Assembly: GCA_963727445.1 (NCBI GenBank)
Contig: CAVSGI010000020.1
Span: forward strand, 64,001-128,000
Origin: an uncultured delta proteobacterium
GTDB lineage: Bacteria; Myxococcota_A; Polyangia; Polyangiales; B10-G4
Direction: 5' to 3'
Length of the DNA stretch: 64,000 nucleotides
The notes below the pieces were generated by a model. It had not been told where the DNA came from and made no database searches. It saw nothing but the letters and a program-made list of their open reading frames with translations. The translations under genes were made by a program, and so were the position numbers. Shown piece by piece: positions 1 through 10,194 of the stretch (its first letter is position 1; every line of letters begins with the position of its first letter).

Positions 1-533
1 TCCACCATGCGGCCCGCGGCGCAGACGTCGCAGATGGAGGCGGGCGGCGTGCCGGGGACGTTCTCGAGCATTTGGCGGACCACATCGCCGGCGCCGAGGG
101 TGAACACGGCCGGGTCGAGGGCGATGACGGTCGTCATCATTGCGGCGTCGTCGAAGGTCAAGGTGGCGGACGTAAGTGTCGCGGTGACCTCGGTCGCAGC
201 TGCGGAGTTGTCGAATTCGAGGAAGAGGTCGATCTGCAGCGGGTCGGTCGGGACGGGAGCGGCGCATTCACCGAAGGCCGTCGCGCCGAACTCCGTGATC
301 ACGAGGCTCGTCGTGCCGGCGTCCGCGCTGGCGTCGGCGGCGGCGTCGTCCGAGCCATCCGGCGCTGCGCCATCCGGCGCTGCGCCATCTGGCACCGCGC
401 TGTCGGCGACGGTGGTGTCGGGGCCGCTGTCGCCCGCGCCCGTGTCCATGCTCGCGTCGGTCGCTCCGTCATCGCCGCAGGCGACGAGAAGGACGACGAG
501 GACGAGGGCCAGGACTGCCAATCGTTGGACCAT
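1..533 (-). CDS. Lipoprotein, runs off window start
   Basis: Manual translation from ATG at 533: MVQRLAVLALVLVVLLVACGDDGATDASMDTG..., lipobox LVAC then D/A/G-rich linker. Not in the ORF track because it is partial. Confidence 0.8.
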   Translation of the reverse strand, partial: MVQRLAVLALVLVVLLVACGDDGATDASMDTGAGDSGPDTTVADSAVPDGAAPDGAAPDGSDDAAADASADAGTTSLVITEFGATAFGECAAPVPTDPLQIDLFLEFDNSAAATEVTATLTSATLTFDDAAMMTTVIALDPAVFTLGAGDVVRQMLENVPGTPPASICDVCAAGRMV

Positions 534-568
534 CGGTCGATCTTCGCACGTTTGGCCCAATGCGGGGG

Positions 569-941
569 CGATCGGGGGGGCGATCGGGGACGGTTCGAAC
601 TTCCGTCACGCGGGGCGATCGGGGACGGTTCGAACTTCCGTCACGCGGCGCTCCGAGCCGGCGATCGGGGACGGTTCCGGGGCGATCGGGGACGGTTCGA
701 ACTTCCGTCACGCGGCGCTCCGGGGGGGCGATCGGGGACGGTTCGAACTTCCGTCACGCGGCGCGATCGGGGACGGTTCGAACTTCCGTCACGCGGCGCT
801 CCGAGCGGGCGATCGGGGACGGTTCGAACTTCCGTCACGCGGCGCTCGGGACGATCGGGGACGGTTCGAACTTCCGTCACGCGGCGCTCCGAGCCGGCGA
901 TCGGGGACGGTTCGAACTTCCGTCACGCGGCGCTCCGAGCC
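569..941 (+). repeat. Tandem array of a 33-nt REP-like hairpin unit
   Basis: CGATCGGGGACGGTTCGAACTTCCGTCACGCGG starts at 581, 616, 683, 729, 764, 810, 852 and 898; truncated starts at 569 and 662. Internal GACGG...CCGTC stem. Linkers are short G-runs or partial CGCTCCGAGCC tails. Confidence 0.95.
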
Positions 942-1148
942 AGATCCTCTACGAGTTGCCTCGCCACGACCGAGTCCTCGTGTGGAGCTCTACGTCGCAC
1001 GCCATCCACGTCACCGATCCGCCGAGATGCGGGCGCGCATAGCACAGCCCCTCATCGAGCCGGCAACGCATTGGTTGCGGCTGATCCGAACCGGCATTCG
1101 GGATTCGTGAATCTGTGGAACGGAGTCAAACGCGCCCACCAGACGCGC

Positions 1149-1174
1149 GCGTTACGGAAGTTCGGACCGTCCCC
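1149..1174 (-). repeat. Solo inverted variant of the array unit
   Basis: Reverse complement reads GGGGACGGTCCGAACTTCCGTAACGC. Confidence 0.9.
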
Positions 1175-1631
1175 AGAAGTTGCGCTGTACGCTGCAGCGC
1201 CTCGAGCGTCAGCTGCCGCATCAGCGTGACCATGGCTTCGTTGAAGCGCGCGTGGAAGCTGGAGGGCGCCAGGCGCACCCCAGTGGCTCGAAGGTAGGCT
1301 CGTCGAAGCCCTGTCAGGCTCCGCCGGTCGCCAGCGGAGAAGCCGAGCACCAACCCGTACACCAGCGACACGATATCAACCTTGCGCCGGCGTCGAACGA
1401 CTCCCAGCCGGCGAGACAGCTCCCGGATCCGACGACGCGGCAACACGCTGGTCAGCGCTCGATGAATGTGGCTAGGCTTGCGGCGAGCCATCGCTTCCCT
1501 CCTTTGGACTTAGACACCCGTAGGAGATCAGAAGCGGTGGCTCTTTTCGATCACGCAGCGCGCGCAGGGCTCAACCAATTGGAATCGCTTAACCTTCTCG
1601 ACAGTCGCAGCCGCTTATCCGAACACGAATG
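1175..1631 (-). mobile_element. IS4-family remnant: left end plus 5' part of transposase
   Basis: ORF 1491->1126 (MARRKPSH...VRRRRKVDIVSLV...LAPSSFHARFN) resembles an IS4 transposase N-terminus. IR-like end CATTCGTGTTCGGATAAG at 1631-1614. Truncated at the solo repeat. Confidence 0.7.
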
Positions 1632-1697
1632 ATCATACCTACTGCGAAACTCGGGCGTCCGGTGAAGGGGTTGGCTTCCGTGGAGGCTGGAAACCGG
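1632..1697 (+). repeat. 66-bp dispersed element, copy 1
   Basis: ATCATACCTACTGCGAAACTCGGGCGTCCGGTGAAGGGGTTGGCTTCCGTGGAGGCTGGAAACCGG; one mismatch to 41268-41333. Confidence 0.9.
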
Positions 1698-1757
1698 GCG
1701 GTTTCCGCTGCACCGGGGTGCTGTCGTCGCATCCAGACCAAGACTATCCTCCGTCGG

Positions 1758-4700
1758 ATGCGAACGAGGCGAACGCTCGTCGTGCTCACCGCGCTGGGCT
1801 TGGTGCTCTTCGGCCCGGCGACTGGATGCAACTGTGGCTCGGATGGGCCGATGGACGCCGCCGGTGAGGGCGGTGTCGGGGACCCGGAGATCTGCGACAA
1901 CGGGATCGACGACGATCTCGACGGCGACGTCGACTGTGAGGACGTCGACTGTGCGGCGGTCCTCGTGGCGGGGAGCGACGAGACGTTGGACGCTCCGTTT
2001 CGCGATCGCGTGCGCTTCCTCTACGAGGGAGGCATGTGCGCGCCGCTCCAGGTGGACGTCACGCCAGGCGCACTCGACGACGATCCGCTTTCCGTCCTGA
2101 CGGGCGTCGTCACCGGCGACGATGGGGAGCCGCTTCCCGGCGTCGAGGTGAGCGTTCTCGGACACCCCGAGTGGGGGCGCGTGCGCTCGCGTGGGGACGG
2201 ACGCTTCGAGATCGCGGTGCTCGGCGGGACCTCGCGGACGCTTCGCCTCACGGCGCCGGATTACCTCGAGAGTCAGCGGAGCGCGGTGGCGCGCCCCGAG
2301 GACTACACCGAGGTCGAAGCCGTCGAGCTCGTCCTCGAGGGGCCGAGCACGACCATCTCCCCGATGGCGGGCGGCGTGGTCCGGAGCGCGCGCGAGAGCG
2401 ACGACAGCGGCGAGCGCGGTGCCACCGCGATCTTCCGGGCCGGGACGAGCGCGTCGATCCGCATGCCGGATGGAAGCACGTCGCCCGCGGGCACGCTGAC
2501 GCTCCGCCCGCGCGAGGTCACCGTCGGTCCGCGCGGCCCGAGCCGGATGAGCGCGACCCTTCCTGCGGCGAGCGCCTACACCTATGCGATCGACTTCGAC
2601 GCCGCCGAGGCGCCGGAGGGCGCGGATGTCGAGTTCGACCAGCCCGTGGCGGTCTACGTCGAGGACTTCCTCGACATGCCGGTGGGCACGCCCGTTCCCG
2701 TGGGAAGCTACGACCGCGCCCTCGGCCACTGGAATGCGGAGGACGACGGCCGCGTGGTCGAGATCGTCTCGATCACCGGGGGCGTCGCCGATCTCGACGT
2801 CGACGGGGACGGCGTGGCGGAGGCCGACAGCGACCTGACGGCGCTCGGCATCGACGTCGAGGAGCGCCGCACCCTCGCCGCGGAGCACGCCGCCGGCGCG
2901 ACGCTCTGGCGCTTCGAAGCGACGCACTTCTCGCTCTGGGACGCGAACTGGCCCTTCGGCTTCCCCGACGACGCGATCGACGTGCTGCTCTCGCTGCTCG
3001 GACTCGACGCGTTCTTCGAGGACACCTGCTCGAACGGCTCCCAGATCCACGTCGAGCGTCAGGTGTTGGGCGAGTCGGTTCCGCTCGTGGGGACGGGCTT
3101 CTCGCTCCACTACACGAGCGATCGCCACATCGGCTACCAGGCGTCGCGCGCGGTTCGCGCGGTGATCACGCCGGACACCATCCCGCCCTCGCTCCGCGAG
3201 GTGCGCGTCGAGCTGGCCCTCGCCGGTCAGACGATTCGCGAGTCGTTCGAGCCGGCGCCGTCGCTGGTCTACGCGCACACCTGGGACGGTCTCGATCGCT
3301 TCGGGCGCCGGTATCGCGGCGCCACGCCCTACGTGCTCCGCGTCGGCTACGTCTACGACGGCGTCTACGCCGCGCCGGGCGAGTCGCGCGACGCGCCTTC
3401 GTTCGGGAGCGGTGGGGATCGCCGGCTCGAAGGAAGCCGCACGCGCGAGGAGGTCGTCGTCTGGCGCGAAGCGCGCGGCTCCGGGTCGCTCGAAGATGCG
3501 CGCACTCAGGGGCTGCTCGGCCTGACCCTCAGCCCGCATCACCGGCTCGAGCGCGTGAGTGAGACGCTTCTCCGCGGCGATGGGCTGACGGTGAGCGGCC
3601 GCGCGATCCCGCGCATGGTGCGGCGGATCGGCGGCGCCGGCGGGACGGCGGCCGCCGATGGCGTCCCCGTCGCGTCCGCGTCTTTCGGCTCGGTCTTCGG
3701 CCTCGCCCGGTCGCCCGATGGGCGCATCTACGTGGGTGACGCCGGCGACAACCGCATCTACCGCATCGAAGACGACGGCACGCTGACGCACGTCGCGGGC
3801 GACGGCACGTATGCGTCGACCGGGGACGGCGGACCGGCGCTCAGCGCGTCGCTCCAGAGCCCCCACCACCTCCTCTTCGGACCCGACGGCAGCCTCTACT
3901 TCACCGAGCCCTACTCGCTCCTCGGAACCGGCAGCGGCGAGACCGGCGGTCGCATCCGCCGCATCGCCCCGGACGGAACGATTCACGGGGTCGCGGGAAC
4001 GGGCGAGTTTCAGCGCTCTTCCGCGCGTGACGGCGTCGACGATGGGCTCCCCGCCGAGCTGGCGAAGCTCGAGGACGTCGGGCCGATCGCGTTCGCTGCC
4101 GACGGCACGCTCTACATGGTGGACGGATCGTCGACGATCCGCTTCGTGACGCCGTCGGGGATCCTCCAGACCGCCAACCGCATGCCGGAGTTCGGCGATC
4201 CCGACGGCACGCCCCTGACCGAGGCGTTCATCGGTGCGATGAGCGCGCTCGTCATCGACGGCGAGGACAACCTCTACCTCGGGACGACCGGCGGCAACGT
4301 GTACCGCGTCGGTCCCGATCGCATCGTGCGCTACGTCGCCGGCGGCGGGAGCGAGCTGGTCATTCCGGGAGGCGTGCCGGCGCGCGACGCCAACATCGGG
4401 CGGGTCGACTCGCTCCTCGCCCACGAGGACGGCCTCTACATGGGCGCGCGCGAGGGACGGCTCCTGCTCCTCGATCACGCGGGGATCGTCAGCCGCGTTG
4501 CCGGCGACGTCGCAGACTTCCCCGCGGGCAACGGCGGCCCGGCGATCGAAGCGACCTTCTTCAAGCTCCTCGCGCTCCTCCCCACCGACGGCGGCATCCT
4601 GGTCACGGACGAGAGCCCGTCGAATCAGCTTCGCGAGATCCGCCGGAGCTTCGGCGCGAGGCGCGCCGGCGAGTGGGTGGTTCCGTCGGGCGACGGCGCG

Positions 4701-7700
4701 CTCCGCTACATCTTCGATTCGACCGGGCATCACGTGCGCACCGAGACCGCCTCGACCGGGGCGCTGGTCCTGGCATTCGATTACGACGCCGAGAACCGCC
4801 TGACGACCATCTCGGACCCCGACGGAAACACGCTCGGTATCGAGCGCACGTCGGGCGCGGTCACGCTCGTCCCGACGGAGGGGCCGTCGACCACGCTCTG
4901 GGACGACGACGGGGACGGGTTCGCCGACCGCATCTCGACCGATGGTGATCCCTACGAGGTCACGCTTTCGCTCGCGGCGGACGGGCTGCTCGAAGGCTTC
5001 GTCGATCGCCTCGGTGTCGCCCACGCGTTCGGCTACGACCCGACGGGCAAGCTCGTGAGCGACGGCGTCGAAGGACGGAACGCGCAGGAGCTCTCGGCCG
5101 ATGGCAGCCAAGTGACCTTGACGACGGGCGCGGGGCGGACGGCGACGTGGGAGACGCGCTCGTTCGGGGCGACGCGGGACCAGACGTACACGGACGAAAG
5201 CGGGATGACCGTCCACCGCACCGTCGATTTCGACGGGACCGTCGTCACCAGCTATCCCGATGGCGCCTCGCTCACGCAGGTGATGCGCCCGGACGTCGTG
5301 CTCGGCGGCGGCGTGATGGTGCCCGCCGAGACGACGCTCGCGACCCCTGGGGGACGCTCGGTCTCGTGGACCATCGACCAGTCGGCGACCGTCACCGACG
5401 AGCGGCTCGAGAGCCGGCAGACGGAGATCACGGTGGCGCCGGGAACATCCCGGCGCGCGACGCTCAGCGAGGAGCTGGTCGTCGCGCCGACCGGCGAGAG
5501 CACGTTCACGGTGACCAGCGCCGAAGGGCGAACCGGGACGATGGAGCGAAACGCCCGCGGCGAGCTGGTGCGGGTGGAGCGGCCGGGTCGGCACCCGGTG
5601 CAGCTCTCCTACGACACGAGCGGGCGGCTCCTCGCGGTCGTTCAGGGCGACGGAACGGTGAGCCGGCGCCTCGACTTCACGCTTCCAGCGCTGCCGAGCG
5701 CCACGTTCGGCGACGTGGGCGTCACCGATTCGCTCGGGCAGAGCGTCACGACTTCGTGGGATGCGCGCGGCCGCGCGATCGAGAGCGCCGACGCGCTCGG
5801 GAGCGTGCTCACGGGATACGACGAGGGCGCGCGCGAGCTCTCGATCACGCCGCCGGGGCGAAACGCGCACACGTTCGGTGCGAACGCCTTCGGTCAGCTC
5901 GCCAGCTATGCGCCGCCAGCGATCGCCGGCGGCGGCGGCGGCCGGAGCTACGAGTTCGACGAGGACGACGCCCCGGTCGCGATGACCGCCGGCGGGACGC
6001 GCGTGGCCTTCGAGGTGGATGACAGCTTCCGGCCGCGCTCGGCGATGCTCGAAGCGGGACGCGGCGGGGAGGTCGACTGGAACGGCGCCGGCGATCCGGC
6101 GGTCTGGCGCTGGCTCCAGCCGCTCGGGACGGTGAGCGTCACGCCGACCTACGACGGTCCGGTGGTGACGAGCGTCGACGTCGCGGGGCCCTACAGCGCA
6201 ACGCTCACGCCCGTCTACGACGACGCCCTCGAGACGACCGGGCTCAGCATCTCGGTCGGCACGCAGATCAGCGCGCTCTCGTTCACGACGGATCTCGATG
6301 GCCTCCTCGAGTCGATCACCGCGGCGCACGGACGCACGCACACCATCACGCTGACGCGCGACCCGGTGAGCGGGGATCTGACGCGCGCACGCGCCGACAG
6401 CACCAGCTCGACGTATGTGTTCGACGGCTTCGGGGCGGTGTCTTCCGCAGCGCACACGTGGACCGGTGGCAGCCTCTCGCGGACCTACACGCCGGACGCC
6501 GTCGGCCGCATCGGGCGCGTGACCGAGGCCGGCTCGTCCGACGACTTCCAATACGACGCGCGCGGAAGGCTCACCCGCGTCTTCCGCGAAGGGTCGCTGC
6601 GCTATTCATACGACTACGACGCCAACGGCAACCGCATGTCGTGGCAGTCGCCGGGGAACACCTGTGACGATCCCGGCGGCACGGGGCGCTGCGTCGACAT
6701 CGACGCGCAGGATCGGCTCTTGCGGTACGGCGCCGCGGGCGCGGGCGCGATCAGCTTCACGTATGACGACGCCGGACAGCGCCGGACGCGAAGCGATGCC
6801 GCGGGCATGACGCAGTATACGTACGACGCCGTCGGCCATCTGGTCTCGGTCACGATGCCGACGGGGAGGCGCATCGAATACGTGACCGGACCCGACGGCG
6901 GACGCGTCGCGCGGCTCGTCGACGGCGTGCGCACCGATGCGTTCCTCTACGGTTCCGGCGGACGCATCCTCGGCCGCGTCGACGGAAGCGGAAATCTGGT
7001 GATCACGTACGTGTATGCCGACACCGACTGGGTGCCGAGTTACGCGCTCCATCGCGACGGACGGCTCTTCCGGGTGGTGACCGACCAGGTGGGCTCGGTT
7101 CGCGCGGTCGTGAATGCCGAGACGGGCGCGGTCGCGCAGCGCTACACGTATTCACCATTCGGTGTGATCGAGAGCGACGTGACGGCCGAGGACATCGTCC
7201 CTCATCGCTTCGCGGGCGGCCTCTACGACCCGGAGACGCACCTGCTGCGTTTCGGCGCGCGCGACTACGACCCGGAGATCGGCCGCTTCACGGCGAAGGA
7301 CCCGATCGGCTTCGGCGGAGGCGACACGAATCTCTACGCCTACGTCGGAAGCGACCCGATCAACGCCGTCGATCCGAGCGGGCTCTTCATCGACACCCTC
7401 GTCGACGCGCTCTCCATCGCCGGCTGCGCCTTCGCGATCCTCCGCGACAACGTCTTCGGCACCTGCGACAACCTGAACGCGAACCTCACCCGCTGCGCCA
7501 TCGCCGCGGCCGCGTTCATCATCCCCTTCGTCGCCTACGGCGCGCTCAAGGCCATGGGGCGGTTTGGCCGCCGCGCGGCACGCTACGCGGACGACATCCC
7601 CTGCGGGAGCGGCGTCTGCCCGTGCTTCGTCGCCGGCACCCTGGTCGCGACCGGCCTCGCCGGCACCTGCGACGCCGACGTCGCCCTCGCGCACGACAAG

Positions 7701-8564
7701 ATCGAGACGCTCGAGGTCGGCGACCGCGTCGTGACCGCGGCGATGCTCGACGAAGACGCGCCCGCGTACGAAACGCGCGTCCGCCCCGACTGGCAGGTCA
7801 TCGATCTCGAGGTCGCGGGCACGGCCGACGACGGAAAGCGCAAAGTCGTCGCCCTCACCGTCCTCCGGCCCCCCGGCTGGCTCGACGCCGAGGACCCGGA
7901 TGGCGACGGCGCCTTCCCCCTGGACCTCCCCGAGCTCCGCCTCCGCGGCCTCGCCCACGTCATCCAGGTCCGCGGCCCGCCCACGCTCGCCGCGGGACCC
8001 GGCCGCGTCGTCCTCTCCACCGTCGTCCACGAAGACGCCGACGTCGTCTCGCTACGCCTCACGCGCGAGGACGACGCCTTCGCCGCGCCGATCGAGATCC
8101 GCGCGACTGCGAACCACCCCTTCTACTCCCTCGCACGCCGAGACTGGGTCTCCGCTGGCGACCTCGCGCTCGGCGAGCCGGTCCAAACCGCGCACGGCGC
8201 GTATGCGCTCAGCGCCCGCGAACCGCTCCCCGGAACGCACCGCGTCTACAACCTCGAAGTCGAGCGCGACCACGAGTACCTCGTCTCGAACGTCGGCGCG
8301 CGGGTGCACAATGCGTATCCGAACGCAAACACGCTCAATCACATCTTCGGACAGGCGCGACACAACCTCGACCAAGTGGTTCAACATTTCGGATCAGAAC
8401 AAGCCGCTTTCGACGCACTTCAGTCCGGCGCTCAGGCTGCAGCTGACGCCGGGCGAATCTCGGACGTTTTCGAAACAGTCATCACAGTTGCCGGTCAGGA
8501 TGTGACGGTTCGCGGCCGGGTTATCGACGGCATGGTACGCATCGGCACGGCCTTCATCCCGTGA
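1758..8564 (+). CDS. Teneurin-like Rhs/YD-repeat polymorphic toxin with Hint domain and C-terminal toxin
   Basis: Signal/lipobox-like N-terminus from ATG 1758; EICDNGIDDDLDGDVDCEDVDC; FRDRVRFLY...GEPLPGVEVS...GDGRFEIAVLGG; NHL repeats (GDGGPALSASLQSP); YD repeats; Rhs core GARDYDPEIGRF...DPSGL; Hint CFVAGT (7623) to VHN (8312); 83-aa tip HIFGQARHNL...IGTAFIP. Confidence 0.93.
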   Translation: MRTRRTLVVLTALGLVLFGPATGCNCGSDGPMDAAGEGGVGDPEICDNGIDDDLDGDVDCEDVDCAAVLVAGSDETLDAPFRDRVRFLYEGGMCAPLQVDVTPGALDDDPLSVLTGVVTGDDGEPLPGVEVSVLGHPEWGRVRSRGDGRFEIAVLGGTSRTLRLTAPDYLESQRSAVARPEDYTEVEAVELVLEGPSTTISPMAGGVVRSARESDDSGERGATAIFRAGTSASIRMPDGSTSPAGTLTLRPREVTVGPRGPSRMSATLPAASAYTYAIDFDAAEAPEGADVEFDQPVAVYVEDFLDMPVGTPVPVGSYDRALGHWNAEDDGRVVEIVSITGGVADLDVDGDGVAEADSDLTALGIDVEERRTLAAEHAAGATLWRFEATHFSLWDANWPFGFPDDAIDVLLSLLGLDAFFEDTCSNGSQIHVERQVLGESVPLVGTGFSLHYTSDRHIGYQASRAVRAVITPDTIPPSLREVRVELALAGQTIRESFEPAPSLVYAHTWDGLDRFGRRYRGATPYVLRVGYVYDGVYAAPGESRDAPSFGSGGDRRLEGSRTREEVVVWREARGSGSLEDARTQGLLGLTLSPHHRLERVSETLLRGDGLTVSGRAIPRMVRRIGGAGGTAAADGVPVASASFGSVFGLARSPDGRIYVGDAGDNRIYRIEDDGTLTHVAGDGTYASTGDGGPALSASLQSPHHLLFGPDGSLYFTEPYSLLGTGSGETGGRIRRIAPDGTIHGVAGTGEFQRSSARDGVDDGLPAELAKLEDVGPIAFAADGTLYMVDGSSTIRFVTPSGILQTANRMPEFGDPDGTPLTEAFIGAMSALVIDGEDNLYLGTTGGNVYRVGPDRIVRYVAGGGSELVIPGGVPARDANIGRVDSLLAHEDGLYMGAREGRLLLLDHAGIVSRVAGDVADFPAGNGGPAIEATFFKLLALLPTDGGILVTDESPSNQLREIRRSFGARRAGEWVVPSGDGALRYIFDSTGHHVRTETASTGALVLAFDYDAENRLTTISDPDGNTLGIERTSGAVTLVPTEGPSTTLWDDDGDGFADRISTDGDPYEVTLSLAADGLLEGFVDRLGVAHAFGYDPTGKLVSDGVEGRNAQELSADGSQVTLTTGAGRTATWETRSFGATRDQTYTDESGMTVHRTVDFDGTVVTSYPDGASLTQVMRPDVVLGGGVMVPAETTLATPGGRSVSWTIDQSATVTDERLESRQTEITVAPGTSRRATLSEELVVAPTGESTFTVTSAEGRTGTMERNARGELVRVERPGRHPVQLSYDTSGRLLAVVQGDGTVSRRLDFTLPALPSATFGDVGVTDSLGQSVTTSWDARGRAIESADALGSVLTGYDEGARELSITPPGRNAHTFGANAFGQLASYAPPAIAGGGGGRSYEFDEDDAPVAMTAGGTRVAFEVDDSFRPRSAMLEAGRGGEVDWNGAGDPAVWRWLQPLGTVSVTPTYDGPVVTSVDVAGPYSATLTPVYDDALETTGLSISVGTQISALSFTTDLDGLLESITAAHGRTHTITLTRDPVSGDLTRARADSTSSTYVFDGFGAVSSAAHTWTGGSLSRTYTPDAVGRIGRVTEAGSSDDFQYDARGRLTRVFREGSLRYSYDYDANGNRMSWQSPGNTCDDPGGTGRCVDIDAQDRLLRYGAAGAGAISFTYDDAGQRRTRSDAAGMTQYTYDAVGHLVSVTMPTGRRIEYVTGPDGGRVARLVDGVRTDAFLYGSGGRILGRVDGSGNLVITYVYADTDWVPSYALHRDGRLFRVVTDQVGSVRAVVNAETGAVAQRYTYSPFGVIESDVTAEDIVPHRFAGGLYDPETHLLRFGARDYDPEIGRFTAKDPIGFGGGDTNLYAYVGSDPINAVDPSGLFIDTLVDALSIAGCAFAILRDNVFGTCDNLNANLTRCAIAAAAFIIPFVAYGALKAMGRFGRRAARYADDIPCGSGVCPCFVAGTLVATGLAGTCDADVALAHDKIETLEVGDRVVTAAMLDEDAPAYETRVRPDWQVIDLEVAGTADDGKRKVVALTVLRPPGWLDAEDPDGDGAFPLDLPELRLRGLAHVIQVRGPPTLAAGPGRVVLSTVVHEDADVVSLRLTREDDAFAAPIEIRATANHPFYSLARRDWVSAGDLALGEPVQTAHGAYALSAREPLPGTHRVYNLEVERDHEYLVSNVGARVHNAYPNANTLNHIFGQARHNLDQVVQHFGSEQAAFDALQSGAQAAADAGRISDVFETVITVAGQDVTVRGRVIDGMVRIGTAFIP

Positions 8565-8572
8565 GGTAGTCT

Positions 8573-8965
8573 GTGGAACAGATCAGCCCGCTCGAGCGCT
8601 CCGTTCTCAGTCTCCTGCTCGAAGGAGATCATCCGGCGCTTCCCGCGCTTCGCAAGCAGGTCGCGTCTTGTCAGGTGACCAAGCGCGCGTTTACTGGAGC
8701 GGGGTTCGTGACGGAACTTCACGTGCCGTCAGAAGTCCCGTCCGTCCCTCTGCGAGATGAGTCCATCCGTTTCGGTGACGTCATCGCCGAGGTCATCGGC
8801 TTGGAGGCTGGAGCTGGTTTCGTCCTCTATGTCGACAAAGGTCGTATCACCGCACTCGAAGGCTATACGTTCGGTGAGCCATGGCCGGCGGAAGTCGAAG
8901 TGAACTCGTTTGACTACTCGACGATGCCTCGTGATTTCTCACCGCTCGACGTCGAGAGCTCTTGA
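8573..8965 (+). CDS. Probable cognate immunity protein
   Basis: 130-aa ORF starting 8 nt after the toxin stop, with visibly less GC-biased sequence like the tip. Confidence 0.8.
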   Translation: MEQISPLERSVLSLLLEGDHPALPALRKQVASCQVTKRAFTGAGFVTELHVPSEVPSVPLRDESIRFGDVIAEVIGLEAGAGFVLYVDKGRITALEGYTFGEPWPAEVEVNSFDYSTMPRDFSPLDVESS

Positions 8966-9054
8966 GCCGACCGCGAGGCGCGGGTGTTCGCGTGAGTCGG
9001 GGTGATGTTTTAGCGCCAACTACGAGTACCTGCGACGAATGGGGACTGCGACGA

Positions 9055-10192
9055 ATGGGGACGGATCTCGAAAACTCGGTTTCGGCGCCCGCTAGGTTCC
9101 AACCGATGACCTCGACACGAATCGAGCGTCACGAGGTGCCACGCGCACTGCGCGCCTTCGTCGCCGGCACCCTGGTCGCGACGGGCCTCGCCGGCACCTG
9201 CGGCGCCGGCGTCGCGTTGGCGCACGACAAGATCGAGACGCTCGAGGTCGGCGATCGCGTGGTGACCGCGGCGATGCTCGACGAAGACGCGCCCGCGTAC
9301 GAAACGCGCGTCCGGCCCGACTGGCAGGTCATCGATCTCGAGGTCGCGGGCACGGCCCACGACGGAAAGCGCCAGGTCGTCGCCCTCGCCGTCCTCCGAC
9401 CGCCCGATTGGCTCGACGCCGAGGACCCGGACGGCGACGGCGCCTTCCCCTTGGACCTCCCCGAGCTCCGCCTCCGCGGCCTCGCCCACGTCATCCAGGT
9501 CCGCGGCCCACCCACGCTCGCCGCGGGACCCGGCCGCGTCGTCCTCTCCACCGTCGTCCACGAAGACGCCGACGTCGTCTCGCTACGCCTCACGCGCGAG
9601 GACGACGCCTTCGCCGCGCCGATCGAGAATCCGCGCGACGGCGAACCACCCCTTCTACTCCCTCGCGCGCCGCGACTGGGTCTCCGCTGGCGACCTCGCG
9701 CTCGGCGAGCCGGTCCAAACCGCGCACGGCGCGTATGCGCTCAGCGCCCGCGAACCGCTCCCCGGAACGCACCGCGTCTACAACCTCGAAGTCGAGCGCG
9801 ACCACGCGTACCTCGTCTCGAACGTCGGCGCGCGGGTGCACAATGCGTATCCGGGACCTCCGTTTAGCGGTACAGCGCACCAAGCACGTTGGGCGACGGC
9901 CCGACAAGGTTTGGAAGGGCCAGGTCTTCGTGATCACTTCGCCAAGCATGGGGCCGAAGTAGGTGCCGACTCTGCTCGAGCCTACGATCGTAGCGCACGA
10001 CAGACTATTCAAAACGGTAGACGGTTCAGATATCGGGATAGGGCGAGTGGCGAGTGGCGAGTTGGCTATTGGGACGCCGAAACCGGCCTATTCACCGCCA
10101 CGAGTCAGACCAGAGGCCGACCTGCAATCCTGACGCACTTTCCAGAGACATGGGAAAACCTGCGCCGCCTGCCCGGTTTCTCAGCGAGCTGA
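9055..10192 (+). pseudogene. Orphan Hint-toxin cassette 1 (one frameshift near 9628)
   Basis: 9157-9853 is a near copy of 7626-8321. An extra A in GATCGAGAATCC shifts the frame. New 115-aa tip at 9845-10192 contains LRDHFAKHGAE, a motif seen in nuclease-type toxin tips. Confidence 0.85.
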
Positions 10193-10194
10193 AG

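Noticed and set aside
569..941. CRISPR array
   Set aside because: No unique spacers (linkers are 2-13 nt of repeat tail or G-runs) and no cas genes in the window.
7..1297. Long ORFs through the repeat array
   Set aside because: Stop-free repeat read-throughs, or antisense to the lipoprotein gene.
1629..1757. Track start for the Rhs gene
   Set aside because: The ATG belongs to the IS4 end and the following codons are the 66-bp element; the signal peptide begins at 1758.
1551..6551. 1666-aa antisense ORF and similar shadow ORFs elsewhere
   Set aside because: Typical high-GC shadow frames opposite clear genes; no recognisable motifs.
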